A stretch of DNA of 58,528 nt. Origin: Myxococcota bacterium. Its GTDB lineage: Bacteria; Myxococcota; JACRCW01. The position numbers and the translations under genes were made by a program. The DNA lies in contig JBFMGU010000029.1 in the NCBI GenBank assembly GCA_040752415.1, forward strand, positions 1-58,528. Reading direction: 5' to 3'. Below, piece after piece: positions 44,510 through 54,679 of this stretch (the first letter of the stretch is position 1; every line of letters starts with the position of its first letter). The notes below the pieces were generated by a model. The model was not told where the DNA came from. It made no database searches and worked only from the letters and a program-made list of their open reading frames with translations.

Positions 44510-45595
44510 ATGACCAGACATCTGTTGATGGGGCTTCTTTGTGCAGCGATCGCCGGGGCGTGCGGCGGCGCGAGGAGCGGCTCGGCTGACGGCGACGACC
44601 AGGGTCCGGAAGGCAATGGCAGCCCGGACGCCGGGCCTCGGCTCAACCCGCCGGGCACGCACTCCCACAGCCTCACGGTGGGGGCGCTGACACGCGAAGT
44701 GATTGTGTACGTGCCGGCCCTCGCGGAGGAGACCCGGGCTCCCGCCGTATTCATGTTCCATGGCACGTCCGGGACCGGCCAGTTGTTCTACGACATCTCG
44801 GGCTGGAAGGAGAAAGCCGACACCGAAGGGATGATCGTGCTGTTCCCGAGCGCGCTCACGCACTGCTACCACGAGGACGAGAACGACGACGGCGACTTCA
44901 CCGACCCTGGCGAGCGCAAGGTGCTGACCAAGTGGGCCGCCGGCAAGCTCGGTGAGCCCGACGGCATGCCGCTGTGCACCGCCGATGAGGTTGCCGCGCT
45001 GTCGGCTGGCCAGCAGGCTCTCGCCGACCATCCGCTGGCCGACGACATGGCCTTCTTCGACGCCATGCTGGGGTTGCTCGCCGGGAGCTATGTCGTCGAC
45101 GACAGGGCGATCCACGTGACGGGCTTCTCGAACGGCGCGCAGATGAGCTCGCGCCTGGCGGTCGAGCGCTCGGATAGGGTCGCCGCTGGCCACGCCTCCG
45201 GCGGTACCCTCTCGGTGGATGGCGTTGCGAGCCGCCCCCTCTCGATGATCTTCTCCGTGGGGGCGCTGGACGACCGCTTCACGACGCTGGCGGGGGTGGA
45301 GGAGCTCCCGCTGACGGAGGCCGAGCTCAACGCGCTGCCTGTCTTCCGGGGGATCGTCGGTGCGTACCTGGCCGCGCTCCAGCTCAGCGAAGCCTACAGC
45401 TACGAGCTCATCACCATCGGCGGTGGCAAGCAGGCGGCGCGGTTCCTCTTCTCAACGAGCCTGGTCGGCGCCGGCAACACATTCGAGGCGGTGGTCCTTG
45501 AGGATCTTCCGCATCAGTACCCGAACGGGGCGAACTACCCACTAAGCGCCCCGAACCAGGTGTGGGCCTTCTTCGAGACACAACGACTGCCCTGA
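44510..45595 (+). CDS. Alpha/beta-hydrolase lipoprotein (PHB-depolymerase/LpqC-like esterase)
   Basis: Lipobox IAGAC, PAVFMFHGTSG, DDMAFF and nucleophile elbow TGFSNGA. Confidence 0.85.
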   Translation: MTRHLLMGLLCAAIAGACGGARSGSADGDDQGPEGNGSPDAGPRLNPPGTHSHSLTVGALTREVIVYVPALAEETRAPAVFMFHGTSGTGQLFYDISGWKEKADTEGMIVLFPSALTHCYHEDENDDGDFTDPGERKVLTKWAAGKLGEPDGMPLCTADEVAALSAGQQALADHPLADDMAFFDAMLGLLAGSYVVDDRAIHVTGFSNGAQMSSRLAVERSDRVAAGHASGGTLSVDGVASRPLSMIFSVGALDDRFTTLAGVEELPLTEAELNALPVFRGIVGAYLAALQLSEAYSYELITIGGGKQAARFLFSTSLVGAGNTFEAVVLEDLPHQYPNGANYPLSAPNQVWAFFETQRLP

Positions 45596-45819
45596 ACGAC
45601 AGGGTACCGCCGTCCGCCGACGAAGCGACCATGTCCAGCGGCATGTCGCGGTGCTCTGCCCGCGCGGAACGCTGGCGGAGTGCAGCCCCTCGGGGTGGCG
45701 TTGCGGCGAGCCTTGCTCCCTCGTTGACCAGCGTCACCACCCGCGTCGGCTCGCCACGGCGCGGACACGGCAGCGCGTCTTCCCCAGCCACGAGCTGCAG
45801 CCGAATGGCGCGAGTCCGC

Positions 45820-47157
45820 TCATCGCCCTCTCCCCGGATGACAATGCGTTTCGACGTGAATCAAGGTCAGCGAGAGTCCTGCGCCAGCGTCCTGGCCCTG
45901 CACCAGGCAACCCACCAGGAACACCTCGTCGTCACCGCGGGTGTCCAGGGATACCGTCGTCAGCGCCGGCACCGGCTGGTGCCACGCCACCGCTCCGGTG
46001 CTGTCGAATGCGATCACGTAGGTGCCGGGCCCAAGGTCGAGGTCACCCATGACGGCGGAATCCCCAAGCTCCATGTGCACCACCACCTGCTCACCCTGCG
46101 CTGCAGCGGCGTGCACCTTGTCCGCGCCCGACCCCAGGGTCTTGAGCCAGGCCAGCTCGCGCTCGTTGCGCATGGCGCCCAGGAGCAGCCAGCGTCCCTC
46201 GGTGGGCAGGGAGACGCCCCCAAGCGTGCCTTCCCGGGCGTTGCTTCCGCCGGCAACGGAGATTCTTCCACTTGGGTGCGGCAAGTACGCCACGCGCGTG
46301 CTGTGCATGGCCAGGGTTGCCGCAAGGCGCGCGCGCCGGATTCCGCGCTGGTCCACGTCCAGTTCCAGGAGCGTGTCGTGGTGCTCCGGGAACGAGAGGT
46401 CAAGGTCCGCAACCTTCATGTCCCGTACGCCACCCAGGTAGGCCCAGACCTTTCCATCACCACTCCGCGTCAGCGGGTACAGCCAAGGCGGATGGTTGGA
46501 GACCAGCCGCTCCGACCAGAGAACCGCACCTGTCCGAGAAAGCCCCATGAACGTGGGTTGCAGGATCACTTCGGCCGCCCGCTCTTCCCCCAGGTGCGCG
46601 CCGAGGATCATCAGGTCGCCTGCACTCGCGAGGCCGCCCTCGATGTCGGTGTTGTCGCCCCCCACGCGCATGAGAGACGCTTCCCCGTCTGCTGCGTAGC
46701 GCGCAACATAGATATCCACGCCACCGACCGCGGTGACTGACGCGTTGCCGAACGCCAGGTCGCCACTGAACCTTCCGCTGGTCCACAACGAGCCATCCGG
46801 AGCAAAAGCAGGCGCAAACACGACCTCGTGGGGGAGCGTACTGGTTCCGTCGTGGGTCCACAGGAGCTCACCGCGCGCGTTGAAGAGCGCCGTCCTCGCA
46901 CCGAGATCGTCGGGAAACAAACCGGTCCAGCGCTCATACGTCGCGAAGTTGACCGCGAACCGTCCATCCTCCGAAACCGCCATCTCCAGCGGAAACGCGC
47001 CCACGCAGGACATCTCCAGCGGGGTGACCGTCAGGCGCGGCGTCTCACAGCGCAGCTCCGGCTCCGGATCCATCTCCCGGATGACGAGGGACCGTTCGCA
47101 GCCGATGGCCAGAGCCATCACAGCGAGCATCCGGGATGGGCTGCGCAATGGGCTCAT
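45820..47157 (-). CDS. Hypothetical lipoprotein with beta-propeller-like repeats
   Basis: ALAIGC lipobox; repeated (N/D)..G...W and SGRFSGDLAFG...DIYVARY motifs. Confidence 0.6.
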   Translation of the reverse strand: MSPLRSPSRMLAVMALAIGCERSLVIREMDPEPELRCETPRLTVTPLEMSCVGAFPLEMAVSEDGRFAVNFATYERWTGLFPDDLGARTALFNARGELLWTHDGTSTLPHEVVFAPAFAPDGSLWTSGRFSGDLAFGNASVTAVGGVDIYVARYAADGEASLMRVGGDNTDIEGGLASAGDLMILGAHLGEERAAEVILQPTFMGLSRTGAVLWSERLVSNHPPWLYPLTRSGDGKVWAYLGGVRDMKVADLDLSFPEHHDTLLELDVDQRGIRRARLAATLAMHSTRVAYLPHPSGRISVAGGSNAREGTLGGVSLPTEGRWLLLGAMRNERELAWLKTLGSGADKVHAAAAQGEQVVVHMELGDSAVMGDLDLGPGTYVIAFDSTGAVAWHQPVPALTTVSLDTRGDDEVFLVGCLVQGQDAGAGLSLTLIHVETHCHPGRGR

Positions 47158-47282
47158 TGGCCGCAAGCATAGGCACCCCCGACGTCGTGTACACCTCAGG
47201 CCGACGAGTCACCCGGGACCACCGGCGCGGGATGACGCACCACCACACACCGTCCGGACGCTCCTCGGCAGGACGGGCAGGC

Positions 47283-47349
47283 GGCTCCGTTGCGGCACGG
47301 GGCGCGGCAACGGGATGATGTCCACCAGCCCATGCGCTTCCGACTCGCC
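47283..47349 (+). repeat. Direct repeat copy B (intact, includes HAD start codon)
   Basis: GGCTCCGTTGCGGCACGGGGCGCGGCAACGGGATGATGTCCACCAGCCCATGCGCTTCCGACTCGCC aligns with 43516-43580. Confidence 0.8.
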
Positions 47350-47976
47350 ATCTTCGACTTCGACGGCACCCTGGCGGATTCGTTCCCGTGGTTCCTGTCG
47401 ATCATCAACAGCGTGGCGGATGAGTACGGCTTCCGTCGCATCGCAGCCGAGCAGGTTGACGCGGTGCGGAAGCTGGGCGCGCGGGAGATCCTGGAGCAGT
47501 GCAGGATTCCGCTGTGGAAGACGGTGTTCATCGCGCGCCGTATGCGCATCCTGATGGGCCAGCAGTTCCACGCGGTGGCGCCTTTTCCCGGCGTGCCCCA
47601 GGTGCTCGCGGAGCTGGCGCGGCAGGGCGTGACGTTGGCGCTGGTGACCTCCAACTCCCTGGAGAACGTGCAGCGGGTGCTGGGACCGGAGACCACCACG
47701 CTCATCCGCCACCGTGAGTGCAGCGTGTCCGTCTTCGGAAAATCCGCGCGCGTGCGACGCGTGATGCGGGCCAGCGGCGTGTCTCCCTCGGAGACCATCC
47801 TCATTGGCGACGAGGTCCGCGACGCGGAGGCCGCACGCCAGGCGGGGGTGGCGTTCGGCGCGGTGTCCTGGGGCTACAACCACGTCGACGCGCTGCGCGC
47901 CTGGGACCCGCACGCGCTCTTCACCCGCGTGGAGGACATTGCGGACGCGGTGATGGGAAGCGGTAGCGCGTCGTGA
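47332..47976 (+). CDS. HAD-family hydrolase (phosphoglycolate phosphatase-like)
   Basis: IFDFDGTLADS, LVTSN, FGK and IGDEVRD. Confidence 0.92.
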   Translation: MRFRLAIFDFDGTLADSFPWFLSIINSVADEYGFRRIAAEQVDAVRKLGAREILEQCRIPLWKTVFIARRMRILMGQQFHAVAPFPGVPQVLAELARQGVTLALVTSNSLENVQRVLGPETTTLIRHRECSVSVFGKSARVRRVMRASGVSPSETILIGDEVRDAEAARQAGVAFGAVSWGYNHVDALRAWDPHALFTRVEDIADAVMGSGSAS

Positions 47977-48340
47977 GACGCCGTGGATCCCTCGCCACTT
48001 GCGTTTCATGTCGGTGCGGCAAGGGACCTCTTGGGAGAAGGCGACTCGTCGAGCGGGCCGGTCGCGTATTCGAAAGGAGATGGGAGGGTTGGGAACGGGC
48101 GGCGCGACTCCTTTGGGGTTCCTGTGTTCACGTCGGAATTGTCGGCGGACGCAAGCTCAAGTCGCGCGGCAAAGGTCGCCCCATCGCTGGTGATGACGTC
48201 CGGGCCTGAAACACGGCGCTGTCAACGTTAGGGCCCTTTGTGCGCAAGCGGTGTTTCTGCCCGGACGGCGGCACACCCCCCAACCGCCAGGGTTGGCTGG
48301 GTCATGGCGACGTGTGCCTGCTTCGCGGCGTCGGACCTTT

Positions 48341-48355
48341 TGGCATCCGGGTTGC
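48341..48355 (+). promoter_or_regulatory. Putative sigma54 promoter
   Basis: TGGCATCCGGGTTGC, GG-N10-GC with a TTGC -12 box, ~28 bp before ATG 48383. Confidence 0.6.
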
Positions 48356-48382
48356 CAACTTGCCCACCGGGGGGCGGCCGGC

Positions 48383-48784
48383 ATGACCAAGACCGCACTG
48401 GTCCTCCTGGTTGAAGACGACGACGACCTGCGCGGGCTGGAAGCCCAGCTGATTGCCATGGCCGGTTACCGCGTGGCCACGGCGCGGGAGGGGGCTGAAG
48501 CGCTGCAGCGTGTGGCGCAGGAGATGCCGGCGGTGATCATGCTGGACATGAAGATGCCGGGCATGGACGGCTGGGCTTTTGCCCGTGAGTTCCGCGCCCG
48601 ACACAATCACCACGCGCCCATTGTGGTGGTCACCGCCGCGCAGGACGCCCGCAAGCGCGCCGCGGAGATTGCCGCCGAGGACGTGCTGGAAAAGCCGTTT
48701 GACGTGGAGACGTTCATCCGGACCGTGGAGACCCACGCGGGCGCCGGCGCGTCGGGAGCGCGCCACGCCGCGCCCCCGGTGTGA
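48383..48784 (+). CDS. Single-domain response regulator
   Basis: VLLVEDD, MLDMKMPGMDG, VVTA and LEKPF. Confidence 0.92.
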   Translation: MTKTALVLLVEDDDDLRGLEAQLIAMAGYRVATAREGAEALQRVAQEMPAVIMLDMKMPGMDGWAFAREFRARHNHHAPIVVVTAAQDARKRAAEIAAEDVLEKPFDVETFIRTVETHAGAGASGARHAAPPV

Positions 48785-48797
48785 GCGGGGAATCAGC

Positions 48798-49931
48798 TCA
48801 CGCAGGCGGTGTTCCGTCGGCCAGCAGCGGCAGTGCAATGTGGAAGGTGCTGCCGCGCATCTCCTCACTCTCGAACCAGATGCGTCCTCCGTGCAGCGCC
48901 ACGATTTCTCGCGCCAGATACAAGCCCACGCCCATGCCCGCAGAGTCGTACGGCGTGCCGCTGTGCGCCCGGTAGAAGCGCTCGAAGATCCGCGCCTGCT
49001 TGGAGGAGGGGATGCCCACGCCGTGGTCGCGCACGGAGATGACGGCCTGGTGATCCTGGACGTCCACGGAGGCTTCGACGTCGCCACCGCCCGGCGAATA
49101 CTTCACCGCGTTGTCCAGCACCTGGTCCACCACCTGGGTCAGGCGCTTGGGGTCGCCGCGGGTCAGCGCGCGGTCCGCGTGCCCCAGCCGGACGCGCTGG
49201 CCCGCCCCTTCGGCCGCGCGCAACACGGAGGCCTGCACCAGCGCGCCCAGGTCCACCGGCTCCGTGCGCAGCTCGAGCTTGTGCAGTCCCAGGGCGGACA
49301 GCAGCAGCAGGTCATTGACGATGCGTTCAATGCGGTCCGCGCCCCGGCTGATGGCTTGCAGGAACTGGGGCCGGGCCGGGATGCCCCGCAGCAGGGCCTG
49401 GGCGTGGCCTTTCATGATGGCAACCGGCGTCTTCAGCTCGTGCGCCGCCACCTCAATGAACTGGTCCTTCAGGTGATCAAACTCGAGCATCTCCGCGTGG
49501 ACCCGCTTGAGCTGCTCAATCTGGGATTCCAGCGTCGACGTGACCCGCTGGTAATCCCGCTGCGTCGTGTCGTAGTCGCGGTGGAAGCGCGCTTCCATCT
49601 GTGCGAACTGCTCGCACTGGTCGCTCAGGCGCAGCGCCTGGGCCAACGCGCCCAGCGCGGGTTGGAGCAGGACGGTCAACTCCGTTGCATGCGCGGGACA
49701 CACCTGGATGCGCCAGAGCCGCGGCGTCACCGCGTAAGAGGCACACTCCGGGCCGCGCGTAAGCACCAGGCCCACAATCCGCTCGCGCAGGGGCTCAACC
49801 AGGGCGGCCACCTCAGCCTCATCCCGCAGGAGCACCGCCACGGGGCCACGCAGGAGATCTCGCCGCGTCGGCTGCCACGGTTGGAAACCAGGCGGCACCG
49901 GCTGGACCGTGGAGAAGAACCGGACATTCAT
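48798..49931 (-). CDS. Cytoplasmic sensor histidine kinase
   Basis: AAHELKTP, NAVKYS, DHGVGI, IFERFYR and GMGVGL; ATGA overlap with the FIST gene. Confidence 0.92.
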   Translation of the reverse strand: MNVRFFSTVQPVPPGFQPWQPTRRDLLRGPVAVLLRDEAEVAALVEPLRERIVGLVLTRGPECASYAVTPRLWRIQVCPAHATELTVLLQPALGALAQALRLSDQCEQFAQMEARFHRDYDTTQRDYQRVTSTLESQIEQLKRVHAEMLEFDHLKDQFIEVAAHELKTPVAIMKGHAQALLRGIPARPQFLQAISRGADRIERIVNDLLLLSALGLHKLELRTEPVDLGALVQASVLRAAEGAGQRVRLGHADRALTRGDPKRLTQVVDQVLDNAVKYSPGGGDVEASVDVQDHQAVISVRDHGVGIPSSKQARIFERFYRAHSGTPYDSAGMGVGLYLAREIVALHGGRIWFESEEMRGSTFHIALPLLADGTPPA

Positions 49932-51082
49932 GGCCCGATGAGCAACAGGACGTAGGTCATGTTGTGAAACAGGTTGCGGGTGAAACCGCCACTGGGGGTG
50001 CGCAGTGGTCCAATCTCGCCAAAGGAGGGAAAGCCCGCCACCGGCAGCGTGGTGCCGAACTCCTGCGCCAGTGCGTCCACCTCGTGATGGATCTCATCAC
50101 CCAGGAGCCACCTCCGTCCCACGCAGCTGGTGATCAACGCCGCCACGGGCGGAAACTCCGCGTGCGCCCGGCCCGCGATCTGGTGCACTTCACGGATGAG
50201 GTCCTCCGGGCGCGCCAGGCATACCTGCACGTGCTTGCCGACTTCGATGCCGCCATACAGCCCCAGCCCGCCCTGCTGCTGGGTGAAGTCCGGGACAATG
50301 GACCGCAACCGGCGGATGTGCGGCTCACGGGCGTCGATGATGGTGAGGGACGTGATGCCGCGGTCGCTTTGCAGCACGGGTTTGCCAGTGGCGTTGCTCA
50401 CGAAGCTCTCCGCGTCCATCCCGTCGATGCGCAGCAGGGTTTTTCCTTCTGCGGCCTCCACCGTCCCCGGCTTTCCCACCGGTGCCAATGAGTTGCCGAT
50501 GTGGATGCTGAAGTGCACCTCCCCCTCGGCGGCGAGAATCACCATGGCATCCCGCAACAGCTCGCGGTTGGCGAACACGGCGCAGCGCTTCATCTGGTTG
50601 TCGTCGGCGGCCAGTCCTCCGACGATGGGAACCGTGGTCTCCGTGCTGATCACCTTCTCGATCTCGCTGGCGTCGGTGTTGAAGTCGCTCAGCAACACCA
50701 TCAGCGCAGCGCGCCGCCCACCCAGGCGCTGCTGGGCCGCGGCCAGGGCCGCACGGGTGGCGCCAGCGGGATCTGCCTGCACGCCGCGGGCGGACACCAC
50801 GTGCCAGCGCACCTGGTCCCCGCTGTTGAGCGCCAGCGCGGTGGCCCCGAACTCCGACGGACCGCGGTTGGCGTAGAACCCGTCTCCCGTGCTGCCCACG
50901 ACGGCAACGTGCTCCCGGTTCAGTCCGTCGTGGAGGCCGCTGAGCAGCTCGGGTGAGCGCCCAAGGTGGATGGACGCGTAGAGGAACACCACCTCCGGCT
51001 CCAGCGGCGCCAGCTCCTCGCCCAAGGACAGGCCGGCCCGGTAGGGGTCGGCGGTCTGGGTGAAGGCTGAGGCGGCACGCAT
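49928..51082 (-). CDS. FIST-domain (NosP-like) sensory protein
   Basis: VGSTGDG, IVGGLAAD, ITSCVGR and GFPSFGEIGP...FHNMT; start reset to ATG 51082. Confidence 0.9.
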   Translation of the reverse strand: MRAASAFTQTADPYRAGLSLGEELAPLEPEVVFLYASIHLGRSPELLSGLHDGLNREHVAVVGSTGDGFYANRGPSEFGATALALNSGDQVRWHVVSARGVQADPAGATRAALAAAQQRLGGRRAALMVLLSDFNTDASEIEKVISTETTVPIVGGLAADDNQMKRCAVFANRELLRDAMVILAAEGEVHFSIHIGNSLAPVGKPGTVEAAEGKTLLRIDGMDAESFVSNATGKPVLQSDRGITSLTIIDAREPHIRRLRSIVPDFTQQQGGLGLYGGIEVGKHVQVCLARPEDLIREVHQIAGRAHAEFPPVAALITSCVGRRWLLGDEIHHEVDALAQEFGTTLPVAGFPSFGEIGPLRTPSGGFTRNLFHNMTYVLLLIGP

Positions 51083-51229
51083 GACAACTCCAACGCGGCG
51101 TGAAGATGTGCATCTGATGTAACGACGGGCAGGGACGTGAGAGCGGCGACGAGCGTGGACGAGGCCGGCGTCCATCCTCCCGTTCCCATCCACCCGGTTT
51201 CTGGGCGAATCGCGGCTGAACCCACGTCG

Positions 51230-53989
51230 TCACGGCCCGCCGGGATGAACCTCTGTCGCCCGGCCACGCTCCCGCGGGATGGCACCGGGAAGCTCGACGA
51301 TGAACGTGGAGCCCTCACCCCGCACGCTGCGGACGCGGATGGTGCCGCCGTGCGCCTCCGCCACCTGGCGCGCAATGTAGAGCCCCAGGCCCAGCCCGCC
51401 GTACTGGAACGAGGAGACGGCCTGCTCGAACCGGTCGAAGATGCGCGCCTGGTCCTCGGGGGGGATGCCAATGCCGCGGTCGCGCACGGCCAGGCGGGCC
51501 ATCGTGTCGACGCGGCGGAGGCGGATGTCGATGGGCATTCCCCGCCCGAACTTGGCCGCGTTGGCGATGAGGTTGCTCAGCAGGCGCTCCAGGTGCAGCC
51601 GGTCCCAGCGACCGGGCAGGGGCCGCTCCAGGTCGAGCGCCAGTTGGCATTCGGGAAAGGCCTCCGCCACTTCCGTCACCAGCTCCGCCAGGTCCAGCTC
51701 CTCCAGGGACAACTTCAGCTGGGTGCTCTCCCGTTGGGACGCGTCCAGGAGATTGTCCACCAGGCGCGTGAGCCGGGAGAGCTGGCGCTCACACGCGGCC
51801 AGGCCCTGCTGCGCCTGTTCCGCCCACGGCGCTTCCCGCTCATGACGACGCAACAGGAGCATCAACGCCTGCAGGCGCAGCTTCAACGGCGTGATGGGGG
51901 TGCGCAGCTCATGCGCGGCAATGGCAATGAACTCGTCGCGGATGGCCAGCGCGCGGTCGCGCTCCCGGACCTTGCCGGAGAGCTGCTCCGCCTGCGCGGT
52001 CAGCAGGCGCTCCCGTTCGCGGTGGAACTCGATGCGACGGTAGAGGTCGGCGGGAGGAAGGCGCAGCTCTGCCAGCATGTCCGCGTAGACGCGTGCCAGC
52101 TCCTCGGTCTCCTTGACGCTCATCAGGTTGGACTGTCGCACCGCGGCGTGCGCGGCGGCGGCGCCAATGGCTCCGGCCAGCGTGTGCTCCACTTCGTTCT
52201 GCAGCTCGGCCAGGTCCACCACGGACAGTCGCGCCGTGCAGTCAATGCCCGCGGCGGTCAGGCAGCGCGTGGCCAGCGCCTCCGCCTGCTCCTGGTCGTA
52301 GTAGCGTGCGAACAGCTCCTTCACCTCCACCCGCTTGGCCTCGCAGTCAATCAGCGCAGGCAGGCGACGGCTGAGCAGCGGCGCGGGAACCTCGAGGATC
52401 CCCACGAAACGCTCCACCTGCAGCGCCTCCGTCTGGCTCACGCGCACCCACAACGAGCCCACCAGGTAACCCACGACGTTGAACGTGAGGCTCCACATCA
52501 CGGCGTGGCTCAGCGGATCCAGGCGCTCCACGCCCAACAGCGCCTCCGGTCGCAACGCGCGCATTCCAAAGGGTCCGTCGCTGAGCAGGGACGGGGACAC
52601 CCACCCGCCGCGCGCGAAGATGGGCAGCACCAGGCAGTAGGCCCACAACGTCATGCCCAGGGTGAGGCCGGCCAGGGCGCCCGCGCGGTTTCCCTGTCGC
52701 CAGTACAGGCCACCCAGCGTGAGCGGCAACAGCTGCAGGAACGCGGCAAAGGAGATGAGCCCAATGCTCACCAGGTCCATGCCCGCCACCGCCACGCGCG
52801 TGTAGCCGTAGCCGGCCAGGATGAGCAGCACCGCGGCTGCCCAACGCACCTGCAGCAGGCGACGTCGCAGAAAGCCCAGCGAGCGCAGCGCGCCGGCCAG
52901 CGGCAGCACGAGGTGATTGGAGATCATGGTGGCGGCGGTCATGCTCTCCACCACGATCATGCCGGTGGCGGCGGAGAAGCCGCCCAGGAAGACGAACAGC
53001 GCCAGGGCGTGCGCACCGGCGTTGAGCGGCAGGAGCAGCACGAAGAGGTCGGCGTCGGCGGGCGAGAGCCCCAGCAGCAGTCCCGCCGCGGCCAACGGGA
53101 AGACGAAGAGGTTGATGAGGAGCAGGTACAGCGGCAGCAGCCACATGGCGGTGCGGATGTGCTCCTCGCGGTGGTTCTCCACCACGGCCACGTGGAACTG
53201 ACGCGGCAGCATCAGGATGGCGGAGGCGGCGAGCAGCAGGTGGGTCAGCCAGGCCACCGGGCCGCGCACCTCGGAGTCCGCGCCCAACGTCAGCGACGCC
53301 CATTGGCTGGCCTCGAATTGCTCGAAGAGGTCACGCGGGCCCTGGAAGCCCAGGAAGTAGAGAACGAACACGCCCACGGCGAGGGAGGCCACCAGCTTCA
53401 CCACGCTCTCCACCGCCAGCGCCATGACCATGCCGGGATGTCGCTCGGTGGGCGTGAGCTTGCGGATGCCGAACAGGATGGTGAACAGCGCCATGGTGAC
53501 CACGATGATGAACGCGATCCCACCGCCCTGCGCCGTGGCCGGGCGCCCCATGATGAGATTCATGGTGGCCAGCACCGCTTTGAGCTGCAGGGCCACGTAG
53601 GGGACAATGGCCACCACGGAGAACGCACTCACCAGCGCGGCCAGCACCTGCGAGTTGCCGTAGCGCGCGGAGATGAGGTCGGCGATGCTGGTGACGCGCT
53701 GGGTGGACTTGATGCGGACCAGCTTGCGCAGCACCGACCACCAGAACACCGCGCACAGGCTGGGGCCCAGGTAGATGGCAAGGCCCAGCAGGCCGGTGTG
53801 CGTGGTGTAGCCAACGCTTCCGAAGTACGTCCACGCCGTGCAGTACACCGCCAGCGAGAGCCCGTAGACGACGGCGCGGTTGGCCAGCTCCTTGCCGGCG
53901 GCGGCGCGTCGCTCGACGTACAGCGCCACCGCGAACAGCAGCGCCAGGTAGCCGAGGACCGTTGCCACCACGAGGCCGGGCTCAAGCAC
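51230..53989 (-). CDS. Sodium:solute symporter (SLC5)-fused histidine kinase (CbrA/CrbS-type)
   Basis: YGLSLAVYCTAWTYFGSVG, SIADLISARYG, PYVALQLKA, LPRQFHV and GGFSAAT; then AAHELRTP, NAAKFG and GLGLGL. Confidence 0.93.
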   Translation of the reverse strand: MLEPGLVVATVLGYLALLFAVALYVERRAAAGKELANRAVVYGLSLAVYCTAWTYFGSVGYTTHTGLLGLAIYLGPSLCAVFWWSVLRKLVRIKSTQRVTSIADLISARYGNSQVLAALVSAFSVVAIVPYVALQLKAVLATMNLIMGRPATAQGGGIAFIIVVTMALFTILFGIRKLTPTERHPGMVMALAVESVVKLVASLAVGVFVLYFLGFQGPRDLFEQFEASQWASLTLGADSEVRGPVAWLTHLLLAASAILMLPRQFHVAVVENHREEHIRTAMWLLPLYLLLINLFVFPLAAAGLLLGLSPADADLFVLLLPLNAGAHALALFVFLGGFSAATGMIVVESMTAATMISNHLVLPLAGALRSLGFLRRRLLQVRWAAAVLLILAGYGYTRVAVAGMDLVSIGLISFAAFLQLLPLTLGGLYWRQGNRAGALAGLTLGMTLWAYCLVLPIFARGGWVSPSLLSDGPFGMRALRPEALLGVERLDPLSHAVMWSLTFNVVGYLVGSLWVRVSQTEALQVERFVGILEVPAPLLSRRLPALIDCEAKRVEVKELFARYYDQEQAEALATRCLTAAGIDCTARLSVVDLAELQNEVEHTLAGAIGAAAAHAAVRQSNLMSVKETEELARVYADMLAELRLPPADLYRRIEFHRERERLLTAQAEQLSGKVRERDRALAIRDEFIAIAAHELRTPITPLKLRLQALMLLLRRHEREAPWAEQAQQGLAACERQLSRLTRLVDNLLDASQRESTQLKLSLEELDLAELVTEVAEAFPECQLALDLERPLPGRWDRLHLERLLSNLIANAAKFGRGMPIDIRLRRVDTMARLAVRDRGIGIPPEDQARIFDRFEQAVSSFQYGGLGLGLYIARQVAEAHGGTIRVRSVRGEGSTFIVELPGAIPRERGRATEVHPGGP

Positions 53990-54197
53990 GGTCCTTGCCC
54001 TCCCGCGCCAGGCTGCGCGCCATGAGGAACTGGAGCGCCACCAGGATGGCCCACGCCACGAGCAGGTGGACGTAGGCGCCGCGGGCGGTGTGTCCGGTGG
54101 CGGGCTGGAGGAAGGGCCAGGTGAAGATGCCCAGGAAGAGCACGGCCACCAGCGTCCAGAACGCGGGTTGTCGCAACACGGGGGCCATGCGGGTCAT
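53982..54197 (-). CDS. Small two-TM protein overlapping the SSS-kinase start (CbrX-like position)
   Basis: Two hydrophobic helices; 8-bp overlap with the kinase start; GGAGGG upstream. Confidence 0.7.
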   Translation of the reverse strand: MTRMAPVLRQPAFWTLVAVLFLGIFTWPFLQPATGHTARGAYVHLLVAWAILVALQFLMARSLAREGKDRA

Positions 54198-54534
54198 GGG
54201 CCGCCCTCCTCACGGGATGCGGGTCCCCCGGGAACCTGCGCAGGGAGCCCATCCACGAGGAGATACCGTGCCCATCCGGCCGCTTCACGGGGATGGGGGA
54301 GCGCGCCTGCCTGGCCCCCACGACGTCACAAGCCAGGGCACCGACGGCGCGGGCATGGGCGCAGCGCACCAGGACCGGTCGCGGCACGGTCTCGAGGCCA
54401 CCCGCGGCGGAAGCGCCACGGCAGGCTGAGCGCGCGGACGATTCCCCGTGGCGCAGCCATTCTTGTCCCATTCTTGTCTGCGATTCCGCGTTGAAGGGCC
54501 ATCACTTCGCCGGTCAACCTGGATGGGAACCGCC

Positions 54535-54648
54535 CTACGAATGATGCGGCGGTGCCCGGAAGTGCCGCGCGTAATAGACCAGCGCGCTCACCAACAGCGC
54601 ACCGGCGGTGGACAGCAGCGTGAGCGCACCCAGCATCAGCGGGTCCAT
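54535..54648 (-). CDS. 37-aa single-TM peptide
   Basis: AAGGAGG RBS 5 nt before ATG 54648; MDPLMLGALTLLSTAGALLVSALVYYARHFRAPPHHS. Confidence 0.65.
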   Translation of the reverse strand: MDPLMLGALTLLSTAGALLVSALVYYARHFRAPPHHS

Positions 54649-54679
54649 GGGAACCTCCTTCCCCTCCGCTCCGTGACGT

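Noticed and set aside
47977..48340. Possible small gene or ncRNA in the intergenic stretch after the HAD gene
   Set aside because: No ORF with a convincing RBS or motif and no recognisable RNA structure.
10431..54025. Long antisense or overlapping ORFs (e.g. 10431-13292 -, 27819-30485 +, 39371-41881 +, 51137-54025 +)
   Set aside because: Typical high-GC shadow frames opposite genes with clear motifs; Arg/His/Gly-rich and motif-free.
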